Source of the DNA: Elsinoe ampelina | Lineage: Eukaryota | Length of the DNA: 64,000 nucleotides | Reading direction: 5' to 3' | NCBI GenBank assembly: GCA_010093995.1 | Contig: ML992508.1 | Location: 468,506-532,505 of the forward strand | In this document: one piece after another, positions 59,675 to 64,000 of the stretch | Layout of the letters: the number at the start of each line of letters is the position of its first letter | Position numbering within the stretch: the first letter of the stretch is position 1 | Position numbers and translations under genes: made by a program | The notes under the pieces: model-generated | Seen by the model: the letters and a program-made list of their open reading frames with translations, nothing else | Database searches by the model: none | What the model was told of the DNA's origin: nothing

Positions 59675-60769
59675 TTACCGGGCAGCACAGAACGTCGCAT
59701 TTGCCATGCGCTGTGTCAGCTCGGCCTGTGCCTTGTGGTATGGCATTGAACCAGGAAGCTCCGTTGGCGCCACGATCCCAGCTTCCTTCTCCGCCAAAGT
59801 AGGCGCCGACCCAGGCAGTTCGGCGGTGAAAGTGAAAGAGTCATTCGGACTGGGAGGGATCGTCGAGCCTGGAAGTTCCATAACAGGCGCCAGACCCGCT
59901 TGTCCCCCATGCGCCGGGACCGCCGACTGAGGCTGCGGCGTAGCCATTCGAGACGGCAGCTCAAATGTGTCATACGACGCTACTTGGCGAATGGTAGGTG
60001 CAGCGACAACGGCTTCCTTTTCCATAACGTCTGTAAAGTCACCAGGCAGCTCGACCAAGAATGTCTGCTGCTGTTGCGCGGGAAGTGGCTGAACTGATTT
60101 CGTGTGCCGGAGTCCGGCGGCTTTGTCGGCGGGTTTGGAATGCTTTGATAGCTGCTCCTTGGATGGCTTCTTCGCTTTGATATGTACTTGTTGTGGTTGC
60201 TGAGGCTGTTGTGGGTGAGGCCATGGTTGGGTGTTCTCAGTCTCGGTGTCCAAGAAGCGCACTACTCTTGGCTGCTCTCTCCCCATCTGCTCTGCCCGGA
60301 TTGGACCATGGTGTCGTACTCTTTCCATACCCAAGCCCTTCAGGTCTCGGGCAGATACCATTCGCGGCACTCGTTGATCAGCAGCTGGACCATTCTGGCG
60401 GAGGGCGGCATTGTCCGAGAGGGGAGGTTTGACCCCGGCGAATAGACCCGTTGGACGCGATTCGCCGTTTGTGCTGGCTTGAGCCTTGTCGGATTTTGTT
60501 CGTACGGGGCTTTGACTGCGAGTGCGACTCCGGCTCGTACTCCGCTGGCGGGTTTGGAATGGACCTTTGTTGATTGACGATCTGCGCGAGCTGCCTTTCC
60601 TGCCAAATTCTCGAGTGCTGTTCGCGCGTGATAGCGGTCGTGGGAATTCTGAACGACCGCGGTGTTCAGAGGAGATGGACGTCCTCGCTATGGGAGGGTC
60701 GACGGGCAAATATGGTCGCTGTTTGTTCGGATTGAAAATGCGCTTCAGATCGGGCAAGCAGCCAGCCAT
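59675..60769 (-). CDS. Uncharacterised disordered protein with repeated ELPG motifs
   Basis: ORF from MAGCLPDLKRIF; five ELP(G/S) motifs. The 3' end is uncertain because the stop overlaps a possible GTAAGC donor. Confidence 0.65.
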   Translation of the reverse strand: MAGCLPDLKRIFNPNKQRPYLPVDPPIARTSISSEHRGRSEFPRPLSRANSTREFGRKGSSRRSSINKGPFQTRQRSTSRSRTRSQSPVRTKSDKAQASTNGESRPTGLFAGVKPPLSDNAALRQNGPAADQRVPRMVSARDLKGLGMERVRHHGPIRAEQMGREQPRVVRFLDTETENTQPWPHPQQPQQPQQVHIKAKKPSKEQLSKHSKPADKAAGLRHTKSVQPLPAQQQQTFLVELPGDFTDVMEKEAVVAAPTIRQVASYDTFELPSRMATPQPQSAVPAHGGQAGLAPVMELPGSTIPPSPNDSFTFTAELPGSAPTLAEKEAGIVAPTELPGSMPYHKAQAELTQRMANATFCAAR

Positions 60770-62533
60770 GGCCACGAAATCCTTCCTGCACAACGGTCGG
60801 TTCGGCAGTCGAAAAGTATGCAGGTCCTTCCGATGGCGTTTATGCGGGCATGCGACGTATTTCAGTCAAGAAACATTCACAATCAGAGGGGTTCTGCAAG
60901 TCTGGAGCAGGAACAAGGTCGAAGATTGGGTCGCGGTCCAGGAGAAGTAGCTGAGGGTGTGTTGGACAGGCAGGCGTGGAGATGTCGAAGAGTTAGCACA
61001 GAATCAAGATCTAGATGACCACTGAGCGGCGAGGTGGCTCGAGGGACCTTAGTTGACCTCGCAGTGACCTTGCAGGCTCGCAGCAATGACACCCAAAGGC
61101 CTGAAACTCGACGTCGCCCGGCTGGCGGTGGGAGCGAATGAGGTGAGCAAGGATGTGAGAACCAACACCAACCCGGGCAGCCCTTCTGTATGGTTGGTAG
61201 CTGGCTGAGAGTTGGCCGTCGATCACTGATCCATGGTGCGAGTCTCTCACTTCCAAACCTAATGTCGTGAGCGAGCTGAAGGCCTGGACTCCTGGAGTGG
61301 GAAGAGATGGGCAATTGGACGTCTATTTTCCTTTTTGCAGTAGTGTTTCAAGGTCCCATTGGACGATCCCTCCAATTCGCCCTTCGCCCTACCTGTCGCC
61401 AGACGGTGGGCAAATACGCGACAGGGCTCTCTTGTCACGCCTGTCACGCTTGTGTCCGGAGATTTGGCCATTCTTGCCTGCCCCGCGGTAGGGGTCCCGT
61501 GCTGCAGATAAGGTGCACTAGTGCGGGTCCCCTCGAATCATTCACATTTTCACGCCGGACACGCCCACGACGACTTCACGTGGCAGCTTCCGTGTATGGT
61601 ACTGTATCGAACATGCACACCTTCGCTTCGGGATGCAGCTCGTCGTCATGGCGGGCGGGACAACTACTTCACGAGGACACGTGCTACCCGGCTGCAGAAA
61701 GATCATCTACCACCACCTCATCTCCAGGACAGGCCTGAAATGAGGGCCAGCTCGTAAGTAAGCAGGGTCTGACTCCATCCTCGTATGTGTGGCCTGAAAA
61801 GGATACGGCTATAGGAGCACGATCCAAGGTCGTCCTGCACGCCATCCGCATTAGAAATGGACGAGGCTGCACAACTGTCAATGGACCATGAAGTAGCCTC
61901 CTCTCCCTGGCCGCTGGAACCTTAGATGTCGACCTACTCCATGAGAAGACCAATCCTGTCTAGCATTTGCCGCGTCGCCGGACTAGGAGCCTCGAGCTGT
62001 GCCTGGACGTTCCCTTCAGAGACAGCCACAGCGTCAGACATCTCTACCCGCCGACCGTTGTCATCTGCTCGTGGCGGCCAGCCATGACAGTTGCTTCCAC
62101 GTAGGCTTCCGACAAGCACGTTGACTACTTGCAACGGTATTATGGCTGCTTTCGGGATTCTTCTTCGACCTTAATCCAGATAAACTAGGACCATCGTGCC
62201 ACCGAATGTCTCACCAAGAGAATTCATTGACTGCAAAAGCTGGAATTCTCCATTCCCGACAGCGAGAGAGCTAACGTCCAGCCCTCTTACGCATGCAAAC
62301 TGTAGCTAACGGTCTTTCTTGGTGACACCTTCTTTCGATTGTTCGAACAGTCTAGTGACGGCTTGTTCTCCTCTACCGACTGTTGCTAGTGCACATTCTG
62401 GCTGGAGTATGTCTCTCCCTGTGGTAGTGAGAGCTGATATAAGGTATGTTCGACGGCCTCTCTCAAGCATTGTTCCGCCACAGATCAATCGCTGCACCCA
62501 GACATCAGATCCCGCACCAGTCTACATTTCATC

Positions 62534-63763
62534 ATGAAGGTCTCAACAATCGCCGTCGGTGCCGCTGCATTGGTTCCTGCAGTCGCAGCTCAGAAGAACC
62601 CCAAGACCAACTTTGACTGCACCACTGTCGCCAGTAATGTCAAGACAAGAATCGTGACCGCCACCCAGTGGGTCGAGGGCACAACTACAAAGACGAAGCA
62701 GCCAAAGACGACGGAGACTCTGACCCTTCGAGAGCCTGTCACCAGTGTGACCACTGTCACCAACATCGTCCGGAAGAAGACGACGACAAAGACAGAGACA
62801 GCGAGCACGCAAGTCAAGGTGAACGTCACCAACACTGTAACAGCCACCATCACAGCCAAGGGAGTCACCATCTCTCCAGATCCCGTCACCTCCACTGTCG
62901 CTGCGCCAGCTGGCTTCACCCCCGCTGTATCTGCCCTATCAAACGCCAACGGAAAGCGTGAGGCTGCTCCTCAGAACAAGAAGAACAACAAGTCAGCCAC
63001 ACTCTGCCAGGCCAACATCGCTGCCAAGCTTACCCTCTCCACCACTCTCCCTGCCATTACCATCACCAAGTCGATCACCAAGCCAGGCAGCACCATCTTC
63101 AGCACCACGACCAAGAACGTCAACCGTGGCGGCACCCAGACCGTGACCGTCACCACCACCGCGACCAACACCCGCTTCGTCACTAGCGTCACCACAACCT
63201 CGACGACCATCAAACCCACCGTCACCCTCGCCGCCCAAGTGATCAAATACTACGCCGCCTGCGCCGACTTCAACCTCCTCGACTACACCCTCTCCACCAT
63301 CGCCCCATCCACAGACAGCAACTCCACCACCACCGACCCCTCGGACGACGACGGCTCCGACGAACGCCGCCGCCTCCGCCGCTCCGCCCGCCTTGGCGCC
63401 TTCCCGCAACTCAAGATGGCCAAGCGCGCCACCTACCACGTCGGCATCAACGCCGTGTCCCCCGCCACAGGCATCACCGCCTCGCTGGACGACAGCATCG
63501 ACACTGCCTACGACTGCTGCGCCAAGTGCCAGGCTGCCACCAACTGCGCTGGTTCGTCGTTCGGGCCGGTCGAGGGTTGCACCATCTACCTCGGCAACAC
63601 CTGCTCGGCGAGCCAGAGCCAGAAGGTGGGGACCTTTACGTATGACGGCCAGGATCTGTTGGAGGTCGGGAGTGGCGAGATTGTGAGCAACGGCAAGTGT
63701 GGTGCCTGGGCGTCCGGAGGGGAGCAGGCCTCGGAGGATGATGGAAGTGATGACGACAATTAG
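62534..63763 (+). CDS. Secreted Thr-rich protein with C-terminal Cys-rich (PAN/Apple-like) domain
   Basis: Signal peptide MKVSTIAVGAAALVPAVAA; Thr/Val/Lys-rich stalk; YYAAC and AYDCCAKCQAATNC..C..C..SNGKCG; TATA-like GATATAAG near 62436. Confidence 0.85.
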   Translation: MKVSTIAVGAAALVPAVAAQKNPKTNFDCTTVASNVKTRIVTATQWVEGTTTKTKQPKTTETLTLREPVTSVTTVTNIVRKKTTTKTETASTQVKVNVTNTVTATITAKGVTISPDPVTSTVAAPAGFTPAVSALSNANGKREAAPQNKKNNKSATLCQANIAAKLTLSTTLPAITITKSITKPGSTIFSTTTKNVNRGGTQTVTVTTTATNTRFVTSVTTTSTTIKPTVTLAAQVIKYYAACADFNLLDYTLSTIAPSTDSNSTTTDPSDDDGSDERRRLRRSARLGAFPQLKMAKRATYHVGINAVSPATGITASLDDSIDTAYDCCAKCQAATNCAGSSFGPVEGCTIYLGNTCSASQSQKVGTFTYDGQDLLEVGSGEIVSNGKCGAWASGGEQASEDDGSDDDN

Positions 63764-64000
63764 ATGGGTTGGTTCATCGAGAGAGAGAGGGGAAAATGTG
63801 GAGGGCTGGAAAATGGTGATGTCTACTTCTTCTGGTTGTCCTATACTTCGGATCTAATTCAATTCTTCCCCTTACATGATGCGTACATCCATCCTCGTTC
63901 TCGGTCGGAGGTGCCACATCCTGATAGCAATACCATCCATCCATGATGCATGGGGCTCCTGACACAAAACCCACATCAATAAACGCCACATTACCCACCC

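Noticed and set aside
59675..59689. C-terminal CAAR as a CaaX prenylation box
   Set aside because: Arg at the X position is disfavoured, and the stop overlaps a possible splice donor.

Overview
Gene-dense (about 30 genes in 64 kb), intron-containing chromosomal DNA from a filamentous ascomycete (Pezizomycotina; short GT..CTRAC..YAG introns). Recognisable genes, left to right: type I myosin (5' end), polo-like kinase, OPA3-like protein, amidase, GH72 glucanosyltransferase, RPL5, spermidine synthase, SAM methyltransferase, HET-domain protein, Pmp3, DsbA-like protein, Bud32, BRCT protein, Ste2-type pheromone receptor, GPI18, AKR7-like reductase, Pom1/DYRK kinase, Obg-like GTPase and class III alcohol dehydrogenase. 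There are also several secreted Ser/Thr/Pro-rich proteins and orphan genes. I could not support any RNA gene, transposon or CRISPR array. The most striking unexplained signal is a recurring, strand-symmetric switch from a very C-rich to a very G-rich block, roughly every 1-11 kb, mostly inside coding sequence and strong enough to bias amino-acid composition. Other candidates worth checking are a tandem pair of intronless orphan proteins with a split F-box-like motif, a HET protein with a spliced-on transmembrane tail, a possible FHA-tandem-BRCT (Mdb1/MDC1-like) gene, and a possible ERCC4-fold gene. All protein assignments come from motif recognition by eye; no searches were run, and exon boundaries are predictions.
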